From Tubulanus polymorphus (Eukaryota; Animalia; Nemertea): 64,000 bases of DNA. Location of the stretch: contig NC_134025.1 of NCBI RefSeq assembly GCF_964204645.1, forward strand, positions 29,864,299 through 29,928,298. Reading direction: 5' to 3'. This document shows, one piece after another, positions 29,300 to 53,473 of this stretch (position 1 is its first letter; each line of letters opens with the position of its first letter). The notes under the pieces were generated by a model that was given only the letters and a program-made list of their open reading frames with translations, did not search any database and was not told where the DNA came from. The position numbers and the translations under genes were made by a program.

Positions 29300-29915
29300 A
29301 CTGTTCTTTAGTTCTTCCTGTGTGAATTGGTGAATATGAATGTAGCTGTTAGTCTCTTAAGATTAGAAATATGCGCGCGGAAATCAAACTGTAAATTGAA
29401 GTCGTTGTTGACACATGAAATCGTTATTTCAGAATAAATGCCCTTACCGTCGCAAACGTACTATGTATATATGTCTACGTTAATAATGTTTTGATGAAAT
29501 AACGAAGCTATATACTATCTACTGTACTAATGATTTCGAATGTAAAAAGTTGTATATGCTAGTTAGCATCATCAAATTGGTACGGATCTCTTTACTGGTC
29601 AATGCATTAGGTAGATATAGAAATTGTTCTTTAGTTCTTATTTTTGTGAGTTGATGAATGTTTTCTTTATAATATGAATGTAGCTGTTAGTCTCTTAGGA
29701 CTAGAAATATGCGCGCAGAAATCAAACTGTAAATTGAAGTCGTTGTTGACACTTGAAAACATTTCAGAATAAATGCTCTCAGGATAAATGAGCTCTTAGT
29801 CCCCGCAAACGTACTATGCATGTTTGCGTTAATGTTTGATGAAATAACGAAGCTAGATGCCATCTATATCTACTGTACTAATGATTTCAGTGGTAAAAAG
29901 TTGTATATGCTAGTT
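29300..29915. repeat. Tandem duplication (~2 x 320 bp) upstream of GPCR copy 2; related to the upstream region of copy 1
   Basis: tgttctttagttctt...gaatgtagctgttagtctctt...aatatgcgcgc...aaatcaaactgtaaattgaagtcgttgttgacac...tactgtactaatgatttc occurs from ~29300 and again from ~29625; homologous blocks at 27497-27650 and 28026-28087. Confidence 0.85.
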
Positions 29916-30489
29916 CTAGATTTACTAATGAGGATAGATCGATATTTCTAAGTTGTTACGATCCATTACAGAAATTCTCCAATGTCTGCCTACAGTCCAT
30001 CACGCTTATGGATGGCTGGTCCTCAGCTTCAATCAGATTGTCCGGTAGTGTCCGTAACTCTTAAAATTACAAACGTTATTGAAATGTCCCGTTGCTTTAC
30101 AACCATTCATTCGTTCAAATCGACAATATTGTCTAAACGATTGCAATATCAGACACGAGAAGCTGGATTCGCATACCAAAAAATATTTGTGGTAAAAACC
30201 TGGGCCGGGATTTGTATGAAAATCGGGGCATGGTAGGAATTCCGAGTTTACTGGAATTTGGTGCATTCTGGTACCCGCCGGACATGCAATCTATGAATTA
30301 AACATTTGAGTAAACAAATTTGAGTTTATTCAAGTTTAGTTGCAAAACTTAGAAAATGCATTACGAATAGAAATTGGTTGAAGATACTGGAATGATCCAT
30401 TTCATCCGATGACGAATGCCACTAGTTTGCATCGAAACTTTTTGGCCACAAAAGTGAAATGATACTGAATCGCACATCGTGCACGTATT

Positions 30490-30639
30490 GTTTCGGAGAC
30501 GGCGACGGGTCCTATCCCCGAGCAGTCGGAACTACCCCGAACCAGACCATCAAACAAACGACCAGCTAGTGCTGCCATCTTTGCGGTGGAATCTTTGCCC
30601 AATATGGTGGACATGGATGTAAACAACTTGCGTTGTTAG
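30490..30639 (+). promoter_or_regulatory. Putative CAPS2 promoter / non-coding first exon
   Basis: CpG-richer patch with X-box-like GTTTCGGAGAC (30490-30500), YY1-like GCCATCTT, forkhead site GTAAACA (30619-30625) and a donor AG|GTAAAA at 30639/30640. Confidence 0.35.
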
Positions 30640-32089
30640 GTAAAAAAGTTTATTTTTTTCAAATTATAGGATGTTTGTTTGCACTACTATACCTACGGTC
30701 GGACGATTACAATAAGAGAAAGATGTTAGATTCACTGGGCTTGATCATTGGTGGTGTGTAGTTGCTTGGATCCTACACATCCCTGTCAGCGTAGAGCAGA
30801 ACAGAAAAAGTATGACGACGACGACGCGTCGACGTTTTTTTTTTGTCTTTTTGATTGATTGATTGAAGAACCGACCGAGATTCGAGAACCTCCTGTTTTT
30901 AGGATTGCAATTCCAGATACCAGATTTAGAACTCTAATATGTATGCGCCTTTTGTACAGGTTTACAGATAGGAATATAGTAGTTACCCGGTTGGTGGTGT
31001 AGTATATTATTAGTAAGCATTTATTGAACGGAACAATGCAATGCCACTAGTTGGCACGCTAGTCCCTATTTCACTTTTAGTAGTCAGCGTTAAGTAACCT
31101 GTCTGTCGAGTGGTTTAGTTTCACAATCAGATATCGTTCTGTTTAGGCCTATATAGGCCTAGGCCTACATTTTATCTTTAATTAAGTGGATCTCTGTAAT
31201 GATTTGTGAGTGCTCCAGATTATAAAAAAATCTGAAGATAGATGAATCAAACAGATAAATCTTGAAGAATTTCATAATGAAGGTGTAATTACTGAGACTG
31301 GAGTTAATTAGAGGAAGTATCGTATTTCTGTGAAACTCATTTCCTGGTAACAGTCGTTAGAACTCTTAATTATCTCTAATTATAATTAATGTAACAATGA
31401 TGCAGATTTAATTAGTCTGCTGCGAATTGTCTTCAGTGACAGACGTCATTCTAGGAATCATGTTAAAGCCAGGGGTAAGAGATGTTACGTGTTCCAGCAC
31501 TCAATTTATCATTGGTATATTTCCCCTTTTTTGTTTATATAGGTTACGTTTGTAGCATTTCCAGCAATTCCCCCTTTCTTTGACTTTTTATGGTTTGAAG
31601 ATCGTTAGGTATTCGATGATTTAAACTTATGAAATATTGGTTATTGTGAGCAGCCTCAGTAGTTCATTGAGATAAGAGTTGATGTTGCATCCACCATCAG
31701 TACTGAGTGACAAGTCGGTTTGAGTCCTTCTTGCTGTCCAGTGATGAATTTAAATGCACAATCCAATGGGTTTAGTCTTGGGAGACCAAGATTTGAAATG
31801 ACATAAATTAAGATAAACAAAACAAATCTATGTGTACACCTTGTCAGTCAGATCCCAAATTCATAAAAAGTGTCATCCTGTTTTACTGGAGATTTTTCTG
31901 TCATATTTCTGTGAAGGTTCTGTTAATGTTTCATGAATTATGAACTATTTCATGACTTATGATATTTTGAAAATGGTTTCAAATATCTATGAATTGAAAG
32001 CAAATTTCTAAAGCGGGCGTTTTTTTTACATGTGGAAATATTCAACTGTTTTCTAGATTTTACCACACTTTAATGAAGAAGACATAAGA

Positions 32090-43638
<11,549 letters not shown>

Positions 43639-46074
43639 ACCTAGTCAATTAACTCACAGTTTCTTCAATTGTTAGATATTAAATTGTGGATATTAAAAAG
43701 TAATTACCAACAGTTCTAAGTTTCACTGTAGGGTTGAAAACTGAAAATTATCTAATTTAACTCCGAGACTCAAACTTACCTAACAGTGGAACCGCTTACC
43801 TAATAGTGGAACCGGGTCATGAACCGGGTCCTGAGCCCAGCTTCATGAAAAAAGTGAACTGAAAATGTTTTGGTTTACCTAGTCGTTTATGTTTACTTCA
43901 TGTTTTCAATTACTACAACCAATGAAACTTAATCAGTTTTTCCTGCTTAAATTGTTTTCATGAATCTGGATCCAGGTCTATTTAATCAGTTTACACTGAT
44001 CGTATGGTGAACTTGTCAAATATAACGCAGAATTTTAGCCTTTTGTATTTTATAAGTGTTTCATGAAGAAATGTTGCGTATTCTTAAATGTTGGATAAAA
44101 CCAGAAAAGAAACTGATGTAAAACGTTACCTATTTTCAGGTAATTGGGTCGTTTTTCCTGAATTTAATATATTCGACATTTGAAAAAAAAGTCATTTCAT
44201 TGGAAATGGGACACACGCTAAGTAGTAAAGTCTATATGTAAGATATTGTAGAGTTGTATTTCTTGTGATATTTGAGACATCCTTTTAGAGACCATCGTTA
44301 CAGGTATTAATGATTTGAATGTCAAGGTCGCACGCAGGTGGTTCGTCTCACTGATATACTGCGCTGTAATGTGTTTTACCTTTTTAATTGGCGTTGACGT
44401 TTTTTAACTGCCAAAAAAGTTCTCGTCCAAAACTTATTCATTCCATTTCGGAAGTGTACCTTGTATAATGGTAAAATAAATAGTATTCATGACACATATT
44501 CATATTTCTTGTTTGTATTTGATTATCTTTTTGAGGATTTGGCACAATTTATGCAGCAAATACCATATAAATAGGAAACTCTGTATCCCGTACTTCATGA
44601 GTGTCCCTTCTCGGATGCCTCGCTATCACTGCCACTGCGGCGCTCATTACAGATTGAAGTTAGAATTTGGGCCCCCACTAGAGGAAAAATGTACTGTTAC
44701 TATACTTCTGAAAAGACAGTTCCTTAACTGGAATGATATGGATTTACGTAATAAACGACACTGCAATCTTAATTAGATTTTCTGATAAGCAAAAATCTAC
44801 AATAACAACTTACTAAATTCAGAAGCCCGTCACATCCTGACTCAAGAGGACTGACAATCGAAAAACAAAACAATTCAAAATAGATCAGCCAAGTTCAATT
44901 TATACGCAAAATCCCAGAAAAGCCGTTGTGAAGTTGAGGAACCCCTGTGAGATAACTCATTAAATGACGTGTTTTGTCAGAAGATGAATCGACTCGTGCC
45001 TTTTTTTTCCGGACTATCCCTGAACCCCCAGAGCTTTCTCATAATTTTTACGTTCAATTACGATTTCTGCAGAAGCAATATATATATATACATATTATAT
45101 TCAAAGAATATGGCAAAAACGTTTAGTTTTAGCAGAACAACGCGAGGACATCGACATCGGGATATTGAATACTCAGATTAAGGTAATCTTTTATATGCTG
45201 AAAATCAAAGGCTGCTAGTGAAAAGTTTGATATGCGTGTATTAAATAGGCGTGAAATTTACAGCACTTTTTTCTGAATGGTCTAGTTTGAAATAGTTTTG
45301 AGATTTGAACTGATTCGGACGTTGTATCACATCGCTCCTAATTACGAGTAAAGATAACGATATTTCCTTGAAAACTTTCTCTGGCGTAGTTTCCACTCCA
45401 GACGAACCGTTTTCAAAGAAATCCTCGTCATAACAAACACCCACCTGTATCTTCATGAGACACTGGGTCATCGTACAGTGTTTGTCGTCGTATAAAAAAG
45501 TACTTCACCATTTTGTGAGGACATTAGGTCAGTTGATGTGACGCCGTTGACGATGAAGATACCTGTAATTAACAGGCAGTATACGAAGTAATACGACCAA
45601 TTGTCGCTTATAAGTGTCAACAAATGTCTTACTAAGATTGCGTTGATCTTTCAAATGGAACTGTTCGTGTTTTCATTTGGTTTGGTAAAAGTTCGTTGTC
45701 ATTGTTTGCAATGTAAATACGTCTACAGAGTCTAGACCTTTGGGTAATGGTTCAAACTGATCGCGGAAGTTGGGATACACGTAGAACGGATCACTACTGG
45801 AAATGAGTCGATCAGATTCATGAGAGGTTGTTAAGTATATAGGAGGTATTTCCTCGGAGATACAGCATACATTTTCTGGAGGAAATTGAATGAAGTGCCT
45901 CACGTCAGCTAGTTTTTCTACCTTTTAAAATGGAATTTGGATCGAAGCTTAACTCTGATTCAGCACGAAATTCAATGAACCATCATCAAACAATATAATA
46001 TATATACTGTTTCAAAGGTTTTTATGAACGAATCCCCTAAGGCTACATGGACCTACTATCAAAAAAAGCCTTTG

Positions 46075-46270
46075 TAAAGCCCAACTACACGACGCATGGA
46101 AATAGGGAAACCACGGAAATACGGGAACAAACATCTTTGATCTCGGAAACGTTGTTCCCTAAAACCATGATTCTCGTTTCTCGTAAACGCACACAACACT
46201 GGGAAACGCTCGGAAACATGTTTCTGTAACTTGTTTTCTTGTTTCCTTGCGTCGTGTGCGTTGGGTTTGA
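46075..46270. mobile_element. MITE with ~37-bp imperfect TIRs (PIF/Harbinger-like ends)
   Basis: taaagcccaactacacgacgcatggaaatagggaaac and gttttcttgtttccttgcgtcgtgtgcgttgggtttga are imperfect reverse complements. Confidence 0.7.
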
Positions 46271-48097
46271 AATATAAACTGCCAAATAGGTCACATATGG
46301 TTTCATAATTCATCGTCAAGAAAATAAGGGTGAAATTGTCAGATTATTGTTGCTGACCATCAGTTCACCATCAACAACATTGCGACGGCGACCGTTCATG
46401 AATGTGAACTATTTCTTGACCTTTTCTACGAAAAGTTACCAAACCATAGCAGACTATATAGGAAATAATATTAAACAAACAATAAGGAGGTACGGTAAAC
46501 TAACGTTATATCACATAAGGTCGCTTTATTTTGTCCAAGAAGGCAGATCTTTAGAAAATCGACCAGTTGTTGTTGAGACCTCGATGTAGTGCGAACTCTT
46601 TCGTGACGGTATAATATCTGGGGTCGAATAAAACATCAAAAACTGTGTCAAGAGACTGACATCATTATTTTTCAGACTTTCATTAGCGCTTTCCTTTGAG
46701 GTGCAAGTAATTAAACAGCAATCAAGCAGATATAAGGTTTCTTTCGTATAGGTACGCGTGACGTGGCAAATATCAGAACTAATTTCAAGTACATCAATGG
46801 AACGATTTTCTGAGAAATTTCAGCACATTAATCAGCAGATCCAGCGCTTTAGATTCAGTTGAATTTTCGATGCGTGAAAACTTCTTGGTCTCCGTATCTA
46901 CAAACGTATCTCTCCCTACAATATTTTCTCTGAGACAATCGTTAATTCATTTGAAACTTAACCTGCTGTTATAGCTTCTAGTGCGGTAATGGCATTTAAT
47001 GAATTTGACGGATTTGACGGAATTAATGAAAATAGCGACAATTACCGGGTTTTGTGTAGTGTCTACGTCCTGGCACAATGAGAGTAGGTGACACGGTACA
47101 GAATACACAATTCAATTACCGTCCAATATAAAATCAGACATAGTGAAGCCTCTGATGATGATACGGGACAATGACATTAATATGACTGTCAGGAAACCTT
47201 CGTTAAAATACGAGACAGTAATCAGTATCACAACGTCTACTGCCCATGATATCACTCACCTCCCCCCCCCCCCGACCCACCCACCCACCCCATTCTCTCT
47301 CATTTAGGTCAAACAGGGGGATCTAGGGGTAGTTTTAAGCCTTCTCATCTACGTAGCTTGCTTTATTTGTTATGGCACAAATCGTTGAAACCTGAAGATT
47401 TTAGACTCATCCCCTCAGAAATTGCATATTTCATATTGAACATTAGGATTAACCCGTGGCCACTTTGTGCGAGGAATGCCCGGACTCCAGCCTTACAATT
47501 TTCCAAGGACCGCCGCTGTCAATTCCAGATTCAAAAACATATCTGATTCAATTTTCTGTGAAAAGAAAACCTCCGAAAGTTACCTTAGGAAAGAAATCAA
47601 ATTATATATGAGCTATTTCATTGGAGATTACGTGTACATGATCGGAATTATGTATCACGAAATTCAAAATTCTGTTTTATTCCTGCTAGGAATAATAAAT
47701 GCATACAAAATGATACGCACATTTTTGACTTGATAATGATGCTTTTGAAGTTTTGAAGTTGGTCCACATTCGTAAGAAAGCTAATTGCTCTTCTTATCAG
47801 GAACAAATAAAAGGAAATTTCTATACGACATTGGACCAGTTTAAGCAAGAAGAATTATTTCCGAGAAATATTGTAAAAAAAGACCAATGAACTTTTATGC
47901 AATTACTGAACATCAGATTCACTCACTATATATAGAATTCAACGAAAGTCTCGTCCGAAATATCTTATCTAATTACCTCATTTCTGTTTATTGTGACGAT
48001 AACAGAGGTTCATCAGAGGTTTCTTTCTATGAAATTTTGCAGTTTTTCAACACGTTCAATCGTCAGTGAAATCACGTGTACACATGTGTTTACGTAA

Positions 48098-48300
48098 GTC
48101 GGCGTCGCGACGCGATGCCAGCGACGAACCACCCTCGCAAAGTGCCGTCTGCCATGAGCGCGCTCTTGCGACTGCTGCCAACTGCCAGCGACAACAGTTG
48201 CAACGAATCGCTCATGTTTTAGTTCCTGCGACGCAAACCATTTTAACCGACAGAGACTAACTATACTTTGCACAGTCGCTGATGATCGCGTCGCAGTCGA
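48098..48300. mobile_element. CpG-rich inverted-repeat element (probable MITE remnant)
   Basis: gtcggcgtcgcgacgcgatgccagcgac and gtcgctgatgatcgcgtcgcagtcgac are imperfect reverse complements. Confidence 0.55.
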
Positions 48301-49302
48301 CCTATGACCCTTGTGACGAGTTGCATCCAATCGCGTCGCGTTTGCAAGCGCAAGTCGACAAGCTTGCCTTCAAGTGATCACAACTAATGAAAAGACTCGT
48401 AAAGTAAATTAGATATTTCGTGTGAACATTTACATCTATCATTCACTTGTAAACTGAATATATATATGCAATGAATCATAATTTGGAAACCTTATGAAGT
48501 GCTTCCAGCCATGTTCCAAGGCCAGACGCAAGGCCGCGCATGGACGGCGACCTCATTATCGTGTAGACACTAGTGATTAATATAAGATATGAAGTAGAGA
48601 CTGTGCGTAATTTAGCGTAATTTAGCACATTACAGTATTCCGGAAGCTTCCATTCTGCATAAATCAACGGAAGTTTCAGTTGAACTTTAAGTTTATTTGA
48701 TCGGTGTTTGAAAAGACATTATGACATATCTTAGATGATTGCAGTTTTTCAGCATTTAACCGGGTCGATATTGAGTAGAATATTTGAAAATCACGTTTAA
48801 CTGAGCCTGAAATTGATCTAATGCAGGTATCTGTCTGCTGCTTGGTCAAAATCCCCGATCCCCCACGACTCGTAAATCGACAGCTCAATAGTGTCCCGTT
48901 ACCTCAGCTCTTTACCACGATACCCTCTCATTTATTTCGCTTTACAAACCCACCACACCTGGTTACGTGATGAATAAAATCTTTGTTTTGTTTGTAAATA
49001 ACTTTTAACCATGTTTTCTTATGAATGAATGATCGAAAATTCAATTGACCTGCTGGGAGCGAACCAGGGATAATCGTTCCATGAATCGCATCCGGAGTCC
49101 GAGGTCGCACCCACAGAACCAATAGTCAAGTCCACGTAAAGGGATTGGATCCAGGTTGTGGGATTGATGCCTGCGTGAACTGGATCTATAGGGTGTTACC
49201 CGGCTCGATAGTAAAACAAACCCTGCAGGTAGTAATCTGATAAACCCGGGAGCTTCGTCTGCCGCGTGTCGTGCGTACGCAACAGACGACAGTCGCATCG
49301 TT

Positions 49303-49310
49303 TATATAAA
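49303..49310 (+). promoter_or_regulatory. TATA box of the insulin-like gene
   Basis: TATATAAA ~25-30 nt before an Inr-like CAGTT (~49335) and ~250 nt upstream of the ATG. Confidence 0.5.
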
Positions 49311-49560
49311 CCCGCTTCATACCCGACATCAGGGCAGTTCTGCCAACAGCATGTAAACGATAAACTTATCTCTTTACCATCATCGTCATCATTATCATCT
49401 CTACGTTAGAAGTTTGACACTGCTAGACCGGCACGGCGCGAGAAACAACGACGAATAAATCCTCACAACTCTTCTCAAAATATTCCGCTGTCGCATTTTG
49501 ATTTCAGACACTGAAACTTTGATTTCTAAAATTCAGAATATTTTTCCAGTAACGGTAGCA

Positions 49561-52500
49561 ATGATCGTCATACGTTTGATCAGTCTGTGTGTGATGGTGT
49601 CTGTAGTCAGCGGTGGTCTCGACAAATATTGTAACGAAGATGTAAAAGAAAGGAGTCCCCCGCGTGGTGCGATATGTGGGGGACTTTTATCAGATTTATT
49701 ACGGACAATATGTGGTACAGACGGCTTCTATGTTTATGGAGCTCACATGAAAAAACGTCAACATGGAATCGGTGAGTAGCAAAAATGTTAACATTGACAT
49801 CCTTTTTGGTTTCTGACTGTATTTTAAAAGAAATCATCGAAGTTCGTTGGACAAACTTTTTTAAATAAATAAATATTGATAATTAGATAAATATGAATAA
49901 TGTTGACCTTGTGAATAAAGATGCGATGAACTTTCGACGCATTGGTTTTCAATAATATTTCAATTAATTTCTTGAGAAAAAAGATTTTTTCTTGTTGGGA
50001 CAGTTGCAAGCAGTTGAACATAAAATGTTCAGTTTTTAATCTTAAATTTGTGGTTAGTGGGTTATAATCATGTGATCTGTTACCGTGTCTGAGTGTACAG
50101 GTGATTCGACTAACACGTTTTATCATTAATCATAATCTAAAGAATCGAACAAAATAGTTCATCAAATCGAAATCCTTGGTTAAACAGTCGTAACGACTAT
50201 AGATTTTAAATGTTGGTGAAATATGTGAATTTACCTTAACAGACAGAGATATTTTATATTTGCAATTTATGATTTGTATGACGTTAAATTTACAATATCT
50301 ATCTCCAATATTAGAATAACAATTTACAGTAATACTTTACAATCGTTGATTTTCATTTTCCAAAAAAAAAGTATGAAAATTGTATCCAAATTTCTTTCAA
50401 AATCTTGGTACTGTTCGGGAATTGGCCTAAATTGATGATCAAACGATTGATTTAAATTTAGTGAATTTGATCTATAATAACGTTATATATATTGCTATCA
50501 ATTTTCATATCTTCATGAAAACGACGATCAATTAGAAGACTTTAAATAGCAGATTGGAATTCCTGATTTACTCCGTATTACGTGAACGTCAATTAACCGA
50601 TAATTTTACTAATATTTCAATAGACCATTTATTAATAGAAATTACATCGCATCGTATCTAAAGTACAGGTGACCTGTCAGAGTTAATGATTTCCTGGGTA
50701 AGTGGACCAGTTCTATTGCCACATAAGTGTCATACTCAAAATGACGAGTTATAACATGTATAGGGGGATAGTTTACGGAATCAGATAAGAAATCATTCAG
50801 TTAACTTAAACAAAACTTAGGCTTCAGGCAATTCTTTATCATTTCTTCATTTCTTCATTCATTTTATCGTTAATCGATTTAGCGGTACATATATAAATCC
50901 TTTAGATATGAAAACAACTGTAAAAGTGGGTTCAGAATCTGGTTCGACAGTTCGACGGTATGAATTTGAATCCATGGTTGAAACATGGATGAACTAGCTT
51001 TAACTCTACAACCAAACTTTAAAAAACTGAAATGAACAAGTTTAGATTCAGGGGACTGTGGAACCAGGTCCAACACCATTTCCTCATAATCTGTATGAAT
51101 GATAGTATAGGCTATATACAAAAATACTCTTCGCGCTAAAATTATACGTGCGCGTGCAAGTTGTTTTTCTTGTCACTGGAAAACACGTTGTGATCAGAAA
51201 AAAACCTCGCGTCTTATATTTGCCGACGGAAAAAAAGTTATGAAAAAACACGAGACAGTGTTGAAAAAATAGTGTTTGTCGTTGGATCAACACCTCTGCT
51301 ACATCCGGAAACTGTCCTCGATAGAATAACAAATTATCTAAACATAGTCGAACATCCATTACTTCCATCCCTCCCTTCTTCAAGAACATGTCTCCCTAAA
51401 AATACATTGTACAATTTATCTGTGTATTTTTGTCGATGTCGATATTTCTATCATTGTAGATATCTTAGCTACATTGTTTTTCCCAATTAGAGAATTGACA
51501 ACTGAATATCATTAGTTGCTAGAGAGCCTATTTAATATTCGATGATTGGTATCTATGATAAGAATTATATTATGTAACTTTAAAAATTATGTAGATCACA
51601 TTACAATAAGACATGTATATAGTTTACATTCGGGTCATTGTTGATTCCCTGTAAGATAAGTTGTGTTTATGTTTACTCGAGGGGATTACCTGACGACGAC
51701 CTCTATTTATCTGAATAATCACCAGCTATTTTCAAACAGAGGAAACCAACATCCGAAACCCTTATTTCCTGCAATACAGCCCGTTTCTTAGGTCAGTTGG
51801 GCAGTTCCTGGGCGGTTTGGTACCAAAAGCCCACGACAAGTATTAAAATCCGAAGAACATTGTTCCTAAAAAGTTTCTTTGTTTTCTGTCTGTTTCTGGG
51901 CGTTTTCCTCAAATTCTAAGTCTGAGTAAGAAGCGGCGTAATTGTGTAATTGACCGCGGTCAAGTGGTCAGACTCTATGGCCGACTTGACGACACGTATC
52001 GTTTTACTTCATGTCTACGTTCCGGCGTTAAAGGTCCATAATGTTTCTACATGATCATGTGGAGAATTGTAATTAGGAAATGCTGAGATAGTAAGCGTAG
52101 ATCGGAGTAGATTTCGATTCGTTAATATTTATATAAAAGCATAAATTTCGATCAAACTCTTTCGATATCATCAAACACATTTCGATTAAAGTCTAATTAC
52201 TGGTACTTCAAGCATAAAACTATTTGTTTTAGGTTACGGAAATTGGGAATAGATAAACTCTCAATATTTATCAAGCTATAATTGTGGAAACGGGTGAATG
52301 AAATATCCAGGCCCTGGATGGGTCAAATTCCGTTTAATGCAACGATCCTTTAATCGTTTATGCTATTGTTTCTATCTGCAGATTCTTCCATGGAGAAATT
52401 ACCAGTGAATTCGCCATTTTTGAGTAAAAAACAGGCGTTTTCCTATCTGCAGAAAAAGTCGTACCGGTCGTCAGAGCAGGGTATCGTCTGCGAGTGTTGT

Positions 52501-52866
52501 TACAATAAATGCACCTTCTACGAGTTGAGACAGTACTGCATGGACCCAAAAGCCATGCCGACCGTTGTCAAGAAATCGGTGACGATGCCCAGTTTACTTC
52601 GCCATTCATCTCCGAAACCGAAACACAGACCAACGGCGGGTCACAGATCACTGACCATCTATCAATCACCAGTGCACCACACCGGGTCCGTTCAGAGACA
52701 GGCTGATGGATCTAAATGGACTGACACTGGTGATGAACTGCTATTCATGGGCGAACCTTTGAAACAAGCGGCTGCCAGACAGTTTTTCGAATCGCTTTTG
52801 ACAAATTTCAATCCCAAAGTGAATCGTACAACTACTGGCACATCCAGCTCTTACAGAATCCCATAA
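49561..52866 (+). CDS. Insulin-like peptide precursor, 8-Cys molluscan-insulin-related/dILP7-like type, with a long C-terminal extension
   Basis: Exon 49561-49771: signal peptide MIVIRLISLCVMVSVVSG, B chain YC...ICGGLLSDLLRTICG, KKR site. Phase-1 intron. Exon 52382-52866: C-peptide FLSKKQAFSYL, A chain GIVCECCYNKCTFYELRQYC, ~108-aa tail. Confidence 0.93.
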
Positions 52867-53473
52867 CGGTATAATTCGAGATTTTCCACCTTTGCTGATG
52901 GCAATAATTGATGAGGGTTGTAGTTAGTTAAATATACTGCATGTATGATGTACTAGGTGCCATCATAGATCCAAGTTTATGGTGCTAATAGATAAAATGA
53001 ATTACCAGCTATATGTGTTGTTGGCGCATCAAATGCCCCTTAGAAACTCAATGTGTTCATTTCTATATCAAAAGTTTTTCGTCAAAATAAGATAGACGAC
53101 GGATACCGGTATATAAGTGGGAAGTTTGAATGAAATGTGAAGAATGGCTTCGAAAATCTTCTATTGCTGTATAACGGTACAATACCTGAAACTTTGCCCA
53201 AAATGGTGTTGAAAAAAATGATAATAAACTGTTGTTTAAGTTCACAATAAGTGTGGTTTTAATACGTTATTTTTCCCTTCTTAATCAATGAATATCAAAA
53301 CTGAGACCATAAGATAGAAACTAAGATTACTTTATATGAAATTTTATTATTTATTTTTATACATTATCTACAAAACATTTACAAATAACAATTCACATTT
53401 TATACGAGAATTGTAGAATTACACGCGCTGTAATATTCAACAAAGTTTATTTCTAATGACGTCAGTTTGGATT

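Noticed and set aside
30402-30626. Minus-strand ORF starting AAGATGGCAGC
   Set aside because: No splice donor or downstream exons found; better explained as a promoter motif
43775-43814. 20-bp direct repeat in the CAPS2 3' region
   Set aside because: Simple two-unit local duplication next to a MITE end; no further structure
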